Assembly: GCA_964057225.1 (NCBI GenBank)
Contig: OZ059900.1
Coordinates: 18,600,001-18,664,000, forward strand
Direction of reading: 5' to 3'
DNA from: Auanema rhodensis
Taxonomy: Eukaryota; Animalia; Nematoda
Length of the DNA stretch: 64,000 nucleotides
Positions 26,101-40,010 of the stretch are shown here, one piece after another. How positions within the stretch are numbered: position 1 is the first letter of the stretch; every line of letters starts with the position of its first letter. The notes under the pieces were generated by a model that was not told the origin of the DNA, made no database searches, and saw only the letters and a program-made list of their open reading frames with translations. Both the position numbers and the translations under genes were made by a program.

Positions 26101-29100
26101 TAGAAAATTAAGGAAATTAGCATATTCTGAGGGCACGCCCCTTATGGCTAATATTGATTAAATCGATTTTTGTTCATATGAGTCGTCAAATGCAACGAAT
26201 TTCAGCGTGTTACATACTAAAATGAAGCATTTTACATGCTGAACACTAGAAAAATACAAAAACACAGTATTTCCCATGAGAAATATTTTATTATGCTGGA
26301 AAACCAGTTTTTGGAAATTTCGCTGTAAACAAGGTTTTGACTTACGATTTCATGTGTTCAAACTCATGCAATGTCAATGAAACCTAGCTCAAAATTGTTC
26401 GTACAACGTCTAGTTTCACTTTCACGACAAAAAAACAGGGGTTAGAAAACTAAGGAAATTAGCATATTCTGAGGGCACGCCCCTTATGGCTAATATTGAT
26501 TAAATCGATTTTTGTTCATATGAGTCGTGAAATGCAACGAATTTCAGCGTGTTACATACTAAAATGAAGCATTTTACATGCTGAACACTAGAAAAATACA
26601 AAAACACAGTATTTCCCATGAGAAATATTTTATTATGCTGGAAAACCAGTTTTTGGAAATTTCGCTGTAAACAAGGTTTTGACTTACGATTTCATGTGTT
26701 CAAACTCATGCAATGTCAATGAAACCTAGCTCAAAATTGTTTGTACAACGTCTAGTTCCACTTTCACGACAAAAAAACAGGGGTTAGAAAATTAAGGAAA
26801 TTAGCATATTCTGAGGGCACGCCCCTTATGGCTAATATTGATTAAATCGATTTTTGTTCATATGAGTCGTCAAATGCAACGAATTTCAGCGTGTTACATA
26901 CTAAAATGAAGCATTTTACATGCTGAACACTAGAAAAATACAAAAACACAGTATTTCCCATGAGAAATATTTTATTATGCTGGAAAACCAGTTTTTGGAA
27001 ATTTCGCTGTAAACAAGGTTTTGACTTACGATTTCATGTGTTCAAACTCATGCACTGTCAATGAAACCTAGCTCAAAATTGTTCGTACAACGTCTAGTTC
27101 CACTTTCACGACAAAAAAACAGGGGTTAGAAAATTAAGGAAATTAGCATATTCTGAGGGCACGCCCCTTATGGTTAATATTGATTAAATCGATTTTTGTT
27201 CATATGAGTCGTCAAATGCAACGAATTTCAGCGTGTTACATACTAAAATGAAGCATTTTACATGCTGAACACTAGAAAAATACAAAAACACAGTATTTCC
27301 CATGAGAAATATTTTATTATGCTGGAAAACCAGTTTTTGGAAATTTCGCTGTAAACAAGGTTTTGACTTACGATTTCATGTGTTCAAACTCATGCAATGT
27401 CAATGAAACCTAGCTCAAAATTGTTTGTACAACGTCTAGTTCCACTTTCACGACAAAAAAACAGGGGTTAGAAAATTAAGGAAATTAGCATATTCTGAGG
27501 GCACGCCCCTTATGGCTAATATTGATTAAATCGATTTTTGTTCATATGAGTCGTCAAATGCAACGAATTTCAGCGTGTTACATACTAAAATGAAGCATTT
27601 CACATGCTGAACACTAGAAAAATACAAAAACACAGTATTTCCCATGAGAAATATTTTATTATGCTGGAAAACCAGTTTTTGGAAATTTCGCTGTAAACAA
27701 GGTTTTGACTTACGATTTCATGTGTTCAAACTCATGCAATGTCAATGAAACCTAGCTCAAAATTGTTCGTACAACGTCTAGTTCCACTTTCACGACAAAA
27801 AAACAGGGGTTAGAAAATTAAGGAAATTAGCATATTCTGAGGGCACGCCCCTTATGGCTAATATTGATTAAATCGATTTTTGTTCATATGAGTCGTCAAA
27901 TGCAACGAATTTCAGCGTGTTACATACTAAAATGAAGCATTTTACATGCTGAACACTAGAAGAATACAAAAACACAGTATTTCCCATGAGAAATATTTTA
28001 TTATGCTGGAAAACCAGTTTTTGGAAATTTCGCTGTAAACAAGGTTTTGACTTACGATTTCATGTGTTCAAACTCATGCAATGTCAATGAAACCTAGCTC
28101 AAAATTGTTCGTACAACGTCTAGTTCCACTTTCACGACAAAAAAACAGGGGTTAGAAAATTAAGGAAATTAGCATATTCTGAGGGCACGCCCCTTATGGC
28201 TAATATTGATTAAATCGATTTTTGTTCATATGAGTCGTCAAATGCAACGAATTTCAGCGTGTTACATACTAAAATGAAGCATTTTACATGCTGAACACTA
28301 GAAGAATACAAAAACACAGTATTTCCCATGAGAAATATTTTATTATGCTGGAAAACCAGTTTTTGGAAATTTCGCTGTAAACAAGGTTTTGACTTACGAT
28401 TTCATGTGTTCAAACTCATGCAATGTCAATGAAACCTAGCTCAAAATTGTTCGTACAACGTCTAGTTCCACTTTCACGACAAAAAAACAGGGGTTAGAAA
28501 ATTAAGGAAATTAGCATATTCTGAGGGCACGCCCCTTATGGCTAATATTGATTAAATCGATTTTTGTTCATATGAGTCGTCAAATGCAACGAATTTCAGC
28601 GTGTTACATACTAAAATGAAGCATTTTACATGCTGAACACTAGAAGAATACAAAAACACAGTATTTCCCATGAGAAATATTTTATTATGCTGGAAAACCA
28701 GTTTTTGGAAATTTCGCTGTAAACAAGGTTTTGACTTACGATTTCATGTGTTCAAACTCATGCAATGTCAATGAAACCTAGCTCAAAATTGTTCGTACAA
28801 CGTCTAGTTCCACTTTCACGACAAAAAAACAGGGGTTAGAAAATTAAGGAAATTAGCATATTCTGAGGGCACGCCCCTTATGGCTAATATTGATTAAATC
28901 GATTTTTGTTCATATGAGTCGTCAAATGCAACGAATTTCAGCGTGTTACATACTAAAATGAAACATTTTACATGCTGAACACTAGAAGAATACAAAAACA
29001 CAGTATTTCCCATGAGAAATATTTTATTATGCTGGAAAACCAGTTTTTGGAAATTTCGCTGTAAACAAGGTTTTGACTTACGATTTCATGTGTTCAAACT

Positions 29101-32100
29101 CATGCAATGTCAATGAAACCCAGCTCAAAATTGTTCGTACAACGTCTAGTTCCACTTTCACGACAAAAAAACAGGGGTTAGAAAATTAAGGAAATTAGCA
29201 TATTCTGAGGGCAAGCCCCTTATGGCTAATATTGATTAAATCGATTTTTGTTCATATGAGTCGTCAAATGCAACGAATTTCAGCGTGTTACATACTAAAA
29301 TGAAGCATTTTACATGCTGAACACTAGAAAAATACAAAAACACAGTATTTCCCATGAGAAATATTTTATTATGCTGGAAAACCAGTTTTTGGAAATTTCG
29401 CTGTAAACAAGGTTTTGACTTACGATTTCATGTGTTCAAACTCATGCAATGTCAATGAAACCTAGCTCAAAATTGTTCGTACAACGTCTAGTTCCACTTT
29501 CACGACAAAAAAACAGGGGTTAGAAAATTAAAGAAATTAGCATATTCTGAGGGCACGCCCCTTATGGCTAATATTGATTAAATCGATTTTTGTTCATATG
29601 AGTCGTCAAATGCAACGAATTTCAGCGTGTTACATACTAAAATGAAGCATTTTACATGCTAAACACTAGAAAAATACAAAAACACAGTATTTCCCATGAG
29701 AAATATTTTATTATGCTGGAAAACCAGTTTTTGGAAATTTCGCTGTAAACAAGGTTTTGACTTACGATTTCATGTGTTCAAACTCATGCAATGTCAATGA
29801 AACCTAGCTCAAAATTGTTCGTACAACGTCTAGTTCCACTTTCACGACAAAAAACAGGGGTTAGAAAATTAAGGAAATTAGCATATTCTGAGGGCACGCC
29901 CCTTATGGCTAATATTGATTAAATCGATTTTTGTTCATATGAGTCGTCAAATGCAACGAATTTCAGCGTGTTACATACTAAAATGAAGCATTTTACATGC
30001 TGAACACTAGAAAAATACAAAAACACAGTATTTCCCATGAGAAATATTTTATTATGCTGGAAAACCAGTTTTTGGAAATTTCGCTGTAAACAAGGTTTTG
30101 ACTTACGATTTCATGTGTTCAAACTCATGTAATGTCAATGAAACCTAGCTCAAAATTGTTCGTACAACGTCTAGTTCCACTTTCACGACAAAAAAACAGG
30201 GGTTAGAAAATTAAGGAAATTAGCATATTCTGAGGGCACGCCCCTTATGGCTAATATTGATTAAATCGATTTTTGTTCATATGAGTCGTCAAATGCAACG
30301 AATTTCAGCGTGTTACATACTAAAATGAAGCATTTTACATGCTAAACACTAGAAAAATACAAAAACACAGTATTTCCCATGAGAAATATTTTATTATGCT
30401 GGAAAACCAGTTTTTGGAAATTTCGCTGTAAACAAAGTTTTGACTTACGATTTCATGTGTTCAAACTCATGCAATGTCAATGAAACCTAGCTCAAAATTG
30501 TTCGTACAACGTCTAGTTCCACTTTCACGACAAAAAAACAGGGGTTAGAAAATTAAGGAAATTAACATATTCTGAGGGCACGCCCCTTATGGCTAATATT
30601 GATTAAATCGATTTTTGTTCATATGAGTCGTCAAATGCAACGAATTTCAGCGTGTTACATACTAAAATGAAGCATTTTACATGCTGAACACTAGAAAAAT
30701 ACAAAAACACAGTATTTCCCATGAGAAATATTTTATTATGCTGGAAAACCAGTTTTTGGAAATTTCGCTGTAAACAAGGTTTTGACTTACGATTTCATGT
30801 GTTCAAACTCATGCAATGTCAATGAAACCTAGCTCAAAATTGTTCGTACAACGTCTAGTTCCACTTTCACGACAAAAAAACAGGGGTTAGAAAATTAAGG
30901 AAATTAGCATATTCTGAGGGCACGCCCCTTATGGCTAATATTGATTAAATCGATTTTTGTTCATATGAGTCGTCAAATGCAACGAATTTCAGCGTGTTAC
31001 ATACTAAAATGAAGCATTTTACATGCTGAACACTAGAAAAATACAAAAACACAGTATTTCCCATGAGAAATATTTTATTATGCTGGAAAACCAGTTTTTG
31101 GAAATTTCGCTGTAAACAAGGTTTTGACTTACGATTTCATGTGTTCAAACTCATGTAATGTCAATGAAACCTAGCTCAAAATTGTTCGTACAACGTCTAG
31201 TTCCACTTTCACGACAAAAAAACAGGGGTTAGAAAATTAAGGAAATTAGCATATTCTGAGGGCACGCCCCTTATGGCTAATATTGATTAAATCGATTTTT
31301 GTTCATATGAGTCGTCAAATGCAACGAATTTCAGCGTGTTACATACTAAAATGAAGCATTTTACATGCTAAACACTAGAAAAATACAAAAACACAGTATT
31401 TCCCATGAGAAATATTTTATTATGCTGGAAAACCAGTTTTTGGAAATTTCGCTGTAAACAAAGTTTTGACTTACGATTTCATGTGTTCAAACTCATGCAA
31501 TGTCAATGAAACCTAGCTCAAAATTGTTTGTACAACGTCTAGTTCCACTTTCACGACAAAAAAACAGGGGTTAGAAAATTAAGGAAATTAGCATATTCTG
31601 AGGGCACGCCCCTTATGGCTAATATTGATTAAATCGATTTTTGTTCATATGAGTCGTCAAATGCAACGAATTTCAGCGTGTTACATACTAAAATGAAGCA
31701 TTTTACATGCTGAACACTAGAAAAATACAAAAACACAGTATTTCCTATGAGAAATATTTTATTATGCTGGAAAACCAGTTTTTGGAAATTTCGCTGTAAA
31801 CAAGGTTTTGACTTACGATTTCATGTGTTCAAACTCATGCAATGTCAATGAAACCTAGCTCAAAATTGTTCGTACAACGTCTAGTTCCACTTTCACGACA
31901 AAAAAACAGGGGTTAGAAAATTAAGGAAATTAGCATATTCTGAGGGCACGCCCCTTATGGCTAATATTGATTAAATCGATTTTTGTTCATATGAGTCGTC
32001 AAATGCAACGAATTTCAGCGTGTTACATACTAAAATGAAGCATTTTACATGCTGAACACTAGAAAAATACAAAAACACAGTATTTCCCATGAGAAATATT

Positions 32101-34196
32101 TTATTATGCTGGAAAACCAGTTTTTGGAAATTTCGCTGTAAACAAGGTTTTGACTTACGATTTCATGTGTTCAAACTCATGCAATGTCAATGAAACCTAG
32201 CTCAAAATTGTTCGTACAACGTCTAGTTCCACTTTCACGACAAAAAAACAGGGGTTAGAAAATTAAGGAAATTAGCATATTCTGAGGGCACGCCCCTTAT
32301 GGCTAATATTGATTAAATCGATTTTTGTTCATATGAGTCGTCAAATGCAACGAATTTCAGCGTGTTACATACTAAAATGAAGCATTTTACATGCTGAACA
32401 CTAGAAAAATACAAAAACACAGTATTTCCCATGAGAAATATTTTATTATGCTGGAAAACCAGTTTTTGGAAATTTCGCTGTAAACAAGGTTTTGACTTAC
32501 GATTTCATGTGTTCAAACTCATGCAATGTCAATGAAACCTAGCTCAAAATTGTTCGTACAACGTCTAGTTCCACTTTCACGACAAAAAAACAAGGGTTAG
32601 AAAATTAAGGAAATTAGCATATTCTGAGGGCACGCCCCTTATGGCTAATATTGATTAAATCGATTTTTGTTCATATGAGTCGTCAAATGCAACGAATTTC
32701 AGCGTGTTACATACTAAAATGAAGCATTTTACATGCTGAACACTAGAAAAATACAAAAACACAGTATTTCCCATGAGAAATATTTTATTATGCTGGAAAA
32801 CCAGTTTTTGGAAATTTCGCTGTAAACAAGGTTTTGACTTACGATTTCATGTGTTCAAACTCATGCAATGTCAATGAAACCTAGCTCAAAATTGTTCGTA
32901 CAACGTCTAGTTTCACTTTCACGACAAAAAAACAGGGGTTAGAAAACTAAGGAAATTAGCATATTCTGAGGGCACGCCCCTTATGGCTAATATTGATTAA
33001 ATCGATTTTTGTTCATATGAGTCGTCAAATGCAACGAATTTCAGCGTGTTACATACTAAAATGAAGCATTTTACATGCTGAACACTAGAAAAATACAAAA
33101 ACACAGTATTTCCCATGAGAAATATTTTATTATGCTGGAAAACCAGTTTTTGGAAATTTCGCTGTAAACAAGGTTTTGACTTACGATTTCATGTGTTCAA
33201 ACTCATGCAATGTCAATGAAACCTAGCTCAAAATTGTTCGTACAACGTCTAGTTTCACTTTCACGACAAAAAAACAGGGGTTAGAAAACTAAGGAAATTA
33301 GCATATTCTGAGGGCACGCCCCTTATGGCTAATATTGATTAAATCGATTTTTGTTCATATGAGTCGTCAAATGCAACGAATTTCAGCGTGTTACATACTA
33401 AAATGAAGCATTTTACATGCTGAACACTAGAAAAATACAAAAACACAGTATTTCCCATGAGAAATATTTTATTATGCTGGAAAACCAGTTTTTGGAAATT
33501 TCGCTGTAAACAAGGTTTTGACTTACGATTTCATGTGTTCAAACTCATGCAATGTCAATGAAACCTAGCTCAAAATTGTTTGTACAACGTCTAGTTCCAC
33601 TTTCACGACAAAAAAACAGGGGTTAGAAAATTAAGGAAATTAGCATATTCTGAGGGCACGCCCCTTATGGCTAATATTGATTAAATCGATTTTTGTTCAT
33701 ATGAGTCGTCAAATGCAACGAATTTCAGCGTGTTACATACTAAAATGAAGCATTTTACATGCTGAACACTAGAAAAATACAAAAACACAGTATTTCCCAT
33801 GAGAAATATTTTATTATGCTGGAAAACCAGTTTTTGGAAATTTCGCTGTAAACAAGGTTTTGACTTACGATTTCATGTGTTCAAACTCATGCACTGTCAA
33901 TGAAACCTAGCTCAAAATTGTTCGTACAACGTCTAGTTCCACTTTCACGACAAAAAAACAGGGGTTAGAAAATTAAGGAAATTAGCATATTCTGAGGGCA
34001 CGCCCCTTATGGCTAATATTGATTAAATCGATTTTTGTTCATATGAGTCGTCAAATGCAACGAATTTCAGCGTGTTACATACTAAAATGAAGCATTTTAC
34101 ATGCTGAACACTAGAAAAATACAAAAACACAGTATTTCCTATGAGAAATATTTTATTATGCTGGAAAACCAGTTTTTGGAAATTTCGCTGTAAACA
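20179..34196 (+). repeat. Large duplication with ~27-monomer (9231 bp) offset: M60 onward / M87 onward
   Basis: The shared series is G123A+G252A; 1-bp A-tract deletion (20618-20623 and 29849-29854); C38T+G252A; G2A+G131A; plain; C38T+G252A; G2A+C69T+C286T; then G107A; C85T+T119C twice; C69T; A40C+C286T. The second copy has one fewer plain monomer before G107A. Confidence 0.88.
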
Positions 34197-37100
34197 AGGT
34201 TTTGACTTACGATTTCATGTGTTCAAACTCATGCAATGTCAATGAAACCTAGCTCAAAATTGTTCGTACAACGTCTAGTTCCACTTTCACGACAAAAAAA
34301 CAGGGGTTAGAAAATTAAGGAAATTAGCATATTCTGAGGGCACGCCCCTTATGGCTAATATTGATTAAATCGATTTTTGTTCATATGAGTCGTCAAATGC
34401 AACGAATTTCAGCGTGTTACATACTAAAATGAAGCATTTTACATGCTGAACACTAGAAAAATACAAAAACACAGTATTTCCCATGAGAAATATTTTATTA
34501 TGCTGGAAAACCAGTTTTTGGAAATTTCGCTGTAAACAAGGTTTTGACTTACGATTTCATGTGTTCAAACTCATGCAATGTCAATGAAACCTAGCTCAAA
34601 ATTGTTCGTACAACGTCTAGTTCCACTTTCACGACAAAAAAACAGGGGTTAGAAAATTAAGGAAATTAGCATATTCTGAGGGCACGCCCCTTATGGCTAA
34701 TATTGATTAAATCGATTTTTGTTCATATGAGTCGTCAAATGCAACGAATTTCAGCGTGTTACATACTAAAATGAAGCATTTTACATGCTGAACACTAGAA
34801 AAATACAAAAACACAGTATTTCCTATGAGAAATATTTTATTATGCTGGAAAACCAGTTTTTGGAAATTTCGCTGTAAACAAGGTTTTGACTTACGATTTC
34901 ATGTGTTCAAACTCATGCAATGTCAATGAAACCTAGCTCAAAATTGTTCGTACAACGTCTAGTTCCACTTTCACGACAAAAAAACAGGGGTTAGAAAATT
35001 AAGGAAATTAGCATATTCTGAGGGCACGCCCCTTATGGCTAATATTGATTAAATCGATTTTTGTTCATATGAGTCGTCAAATGCAACGAATTTCAGCGTG
35101 TTACATACTAAAATGAAGCATTTTACATGCTGAACACTAGAAAAATACAAAAACACAGTATTTCCCATGAGAAATATTTTATTATGCTGGAAAACCAGTT
35201 TTTGGAAATTTCGCTGTAAACAAGGTTTTGACTTACGATTTCATGTGTTCAAACTCATGCAATGTCAATGAAACCTAGCTCAAAATTGTTCGTACAACGT
35301 CTAGTTCCACTTTCACGACAAAAAAACAAGGGTTAGAAAATTAAGGAAATTAGCATATTCTGAGGGCACGCCCCTTATGGCTAATATTGATTAAATCGAT
35401 TTTTGTTCATATGAGTCGTCAAATGCAACGAATTTCAGCGTGTTACATACTAAAATGAAGCATTTTACATGCTGAACACTAAAAAAATACAAAAACACAG
35501 TATTTCCCATGAGAAATATTTTATTATGCTGGAAAACCAGTTTTTGGAAATTTCGCTGTAAACAAGGTTTTGACTTACGATTTCATGTGTTCAAACTCAT
35601 GCAATGTCAATGAAACCTAGCTCAAAATTGTTCGTACAACGTCTAGTTTCACTTTCACGACAAAAAAACAGGGGTTAGAAAACTAAGGAAATTAGCATAT
35701 TCTGAGGGCACGCCCCTTATGGCTAATATTGATTAAATCGATTTTTGTTCATATGAGTCGTCAAATGCAACGAATTTCAGCGTGTTACATACTAAAATGA
35801 AGCATTTTACATGCTGAACACTAGAAAAATACAAAAACACAGTATTTCCCATGAGAAATATTTTATTATGCTGGAAAACCAGTTTTTGGAAATTTCGCTG
35901 TAAACAAGGTTTTGACTTACGATTTCATGTGTTCAAACTCATGCAATGTCAATGAAACCTAGCTCAAAATTGTTCGTACAACGTCTAGTTTCACTTTCAC
36001 GACAAAAAAACAGGGGTTAGAAAACTAAGGAAATTAGCATATTCTGAGGGCACGCCCCTTATGGCTAATATTGATTAAATCGATTTTTGTTCATATGAGT
36101 CGTCAAATGCAACGAATTTCAGCGTGTTACATACTAAAATGAAGCATTTTACATGCTGAACACTAGAAAAATACAAAAACACAGTATTTCCCATGAGAAA
36201 TATTTTATTATGCTGGAAAACCAGTTTTTGGAAATTTCGCTGTAAACAAGGTTTTGACTTACGATTTCATGTGTTCAAACTCATGCAATGTCAATGAAAC
36301 CTAGCTCAAAATTGTTTGTACAACGTCTAGTTCCACTTTCACGACAAAAAAACAGGGGTTAGAAAATTAAGGAAATTAGCATATTCTGAGGGCACGCCCC
36401 TTATGGCTAATATTGATTAAATCGATTTTTGTTCATATGAGTCGTCAAATGCAACGAATTTCAGCGTGTTACATACTAAAATGAAGCATTTTACATGCTG
36501 AACACTAGAAAAATACAAAAACACAGTATTTCCCATGAGAAATATTTTATTATGCTGGAAAACCAGTTTTTGGAAATTTCGCTGTAAACAAGGTTTTGAC
36601 TTACGATTTCATGTGTTCAAACTCATGCACTGTCAATGAAACCTAGCTCAAAATTGTTCGTACAACGTCTAGTTCCACTTTCACGACAAAAAAACAGGGG
36701 TTAGAAAATTAAGGAAATTAGCATATTCTGAGGGCACGCCCCTTATGGCTAATATTGATTAAATCGATTTTTGTTCATATGAGTCGTCAAATGCAACGAA
36801 TTTCAGCGTGTTACATACTAAAATGAAGCATTTTACATGCTGAACACTAGAAAAATACAAAAACACAGTATTTCCTATGAGAAATATTTTATTATGCTGG
36901 AAAACCAGTTTTTGGAAATTTCGCTGTAAACAAGGTTTTGACTTACGATTTCATGTGTTCAAACTCATGCAATGTCAATGAAACCTAGCTCAAAATTGTT
37001 CGTACAACGTCTAGTTCCACTTTCACGACAAAAAAACAGGGGTTAGAAAATTAAGGAAATTAGCATATTCTGAGGGCACGCCCCTTATGGCTAATATTGA

Positions 37101-40010
37101 TTAAATCGATTTTTGTTCATATGAGTCGTCAAATGCAACGAATTTCAGCGTGTTACATACTAAAATGAAGCATTTTACATGCTGAACACTAGAAAAATAC
37201 AAAAACACAGTATTTCCCATGAGAAATATTTTATTATGCTGGAAAACCAGTTTTTGGAAATTTCGCTGTAAACAAGGTTTTGACTTACGATTTCATGTGT
37301 TCAAACTCATGCAATGTCAATGAAACCTAGCTCAAAATTGTTCGTACAACGTCTAGTTCCACTTTCACGACAAAAAAACAGGGGTTAGAAAATTAAGGAA
37401 ATTAGCATATTCTGAGGGCACGCCCCTTATGGCTAATATTGATTAAATCGATTTTTGTTCATATGAGTCGTCAAATGCAACGAATTTCAGCGTGTTACAT
37501 ACTAAAATGAAGCATTTTACATGCTGAACACTAGAAAAATACAAAAACACAGTATTTCCCATGAGAAATATTTTATTATGCTGGAAAACCAGTTTTTGGA
37601 AATTTCGCTGTAAACAAGGTTTTGACTTACGATTTCATGTGTTCAAACTCATGCAATGTCAATAAAACCTAGCTCAAAATTGTTCGTACAACGTCTAGTT
37701 CCACTTTCACGACAAAAAAACAAGGGTTAGAAAATTAAGGAAATTAGCATATTCTGAGGGCACGCCCCTTATGGCTAATATTGATTAAATCGATTTTTGT
37801 TCATATGAGTCGTCAAATGCAACGAATTTCAGCGTGTTACATACTAAAATGAAGCATTTTACATGCTGAACACTAGAAAAATACAAAAACACAGTATTTC
37901 CCATGAGAAATATTTTATTATGCTGGAAAACCAGTTTTTGGAAATTTCGCTGTAAACAAGGTTTTGACTTACGATTTCATGTGTTCAAACTCATGCAATG
38001 TCAATGAAACCTAGCTCAAAATTGTTCGTACAACGTCTAGTTTCACTTTCACGACAAAAAAACAGGGGTTAGAAAACTAAGGAAATTAGCATATTCTGAG
38101 GGCACGCCCCTTATGGCTAATATTGATTAAATCGATTTTTGTTCATATGAGTCGTCAAATGCAACGAATTTCAGCGTGTTACATACTAAAATGAAGCATT
38201 TTACATGCTGAACACTAGAAAAATACAAAAACACAGTATTTCCCATGAGAAATATTTTATTATGCTGGAAAACCAGTTTTTGGAAATTTCGCTGTAAACA
38301 AGGTTTTGACTTACGATTTCATGTGTTCAAACTCATGCACTGTCAATGAAACCTAGCTCAAAATTGTTCGTACAACGTCTAGTTCCACTTTCACGACAAA
38401 AAAACAGGGGTTAGAAAATTAAGGAAATTAGCATATTCTGAGGGCACGCCCCTTATGGCTAATATTGATTAAATCGATTTTTGTTCATATGAGTCGTCAA
38501 ATGCAACGAATTTCAGCGTGTTACATACTAAAATGAAGCATTTTACATGCTGAACACTAGAAAAATACAAAAACACAGTATTTCCCATGAGAAATATTTT
38601 ATTATGCTGGAAAACCAGTTTTTGGAAATTTCGCTGTAAACAAGGTTTTGACTTACGATTTCATGTGTTCAAACTCATGCAATGTCAATGAAACCTAGCT
38701 CAAAATTGTTTGTACAACGTCTAGTTCCACTTTCACGACAAAAAAACAGGGGTTAGAAAATTAAGGAAATTAGCATATTCTGAGGGCACGCCCCTTATGG
38801 CTAATATTGATTAAATCGATTTTTGTTCATATGAGTCGTCAAATGCAACGAATTTCAGCGTGTTACATACTAAAATGAAGCATTTCACATGCTGAACACT
38901 AGAAAAATACAAAAACACAGTATTTCCCATGAGAAATATTTTATTATGCTGGAAAACCAGTTTTTGGAAATTTCGCTGTAAACAAGGTTTTGACTTACGA
39001 TTTCATGTGTTCAAACTCATGCAATGTCAATGAAACCTAGCTCAAAATTGTTCGTACAACGTCTAGTTCCACTTTCACGACAAAAAAACAGGGGTTAGAA
39101 AATTAAGGAAATTAGCATATTCTGAGGGCACGCCCCTTATGGCTAATATTGATTAAATCGATTTTTGTTCATATGAGTCGTCAAATGCAACGAATTTCAG
39201 CGTGTTACATACTAAAATGAAGCATTTTACATGCTGAACACTAGAAGAATACAAAAACACAGTATTTCCCATGAGAAATATTTTATTATGCTGGAAAACC
39301 AGTTTTTGGAAATTTCGCTGTAAACAAGGTTTTGACTTACGATTTCATGTGTTCAAACTCATGCAATGTCAATGAAACCTAGCTCAAAATTGTTCGTACA
39401 ACGTCTAGTTCCACTTTCACGACAAAAAAACAGGGGTTAGAAAATTAAGGAAATTAGCATATTCTGAGGGCACGCCCCTTATGGCTAATATTGATTAAAT
39501 CGATTTTTGTTCATATGAGTCGTCAAATGCAACGAATTTCAGCGTGTTACATACTAAAATGAAGCATTTTACATGCTGAACACTAGAAGAATACAAAAAC
39601 ACAGTATTTCCCATGAGAAATATTTTATTATGCTGGAAAACCAGTTTTTGGAAATTTCGCTGTAAACAAGGTTTTGACTTACGATTTCATGTGTTCAAAC
39701 TCATGCAATGTCAATGAAACCTAGCTCAAAATTGTTCGTACAACGTCTAGTTCCACTTTCACGACAAAAAAACAGGGGTTAGAAAATTAAGGAAATTAGC
39801 ATATTCTGAGGGCACGCCCCTTATGGCTAATATTGATTAAATCGATTTTTGTTCATATGAGTCGTCAAATGCAACGAATTTCAGCGTGTTACATACTAAA
39901 ATGAAACATTTTACATGCTGAACACTAGAAGAATACAAAAACACAGTATTTCCCATGAGAAATATTTTATTATGCTGGAAAACCAGTTTTTGGAAATTTC
40001 GCTGTAAACA

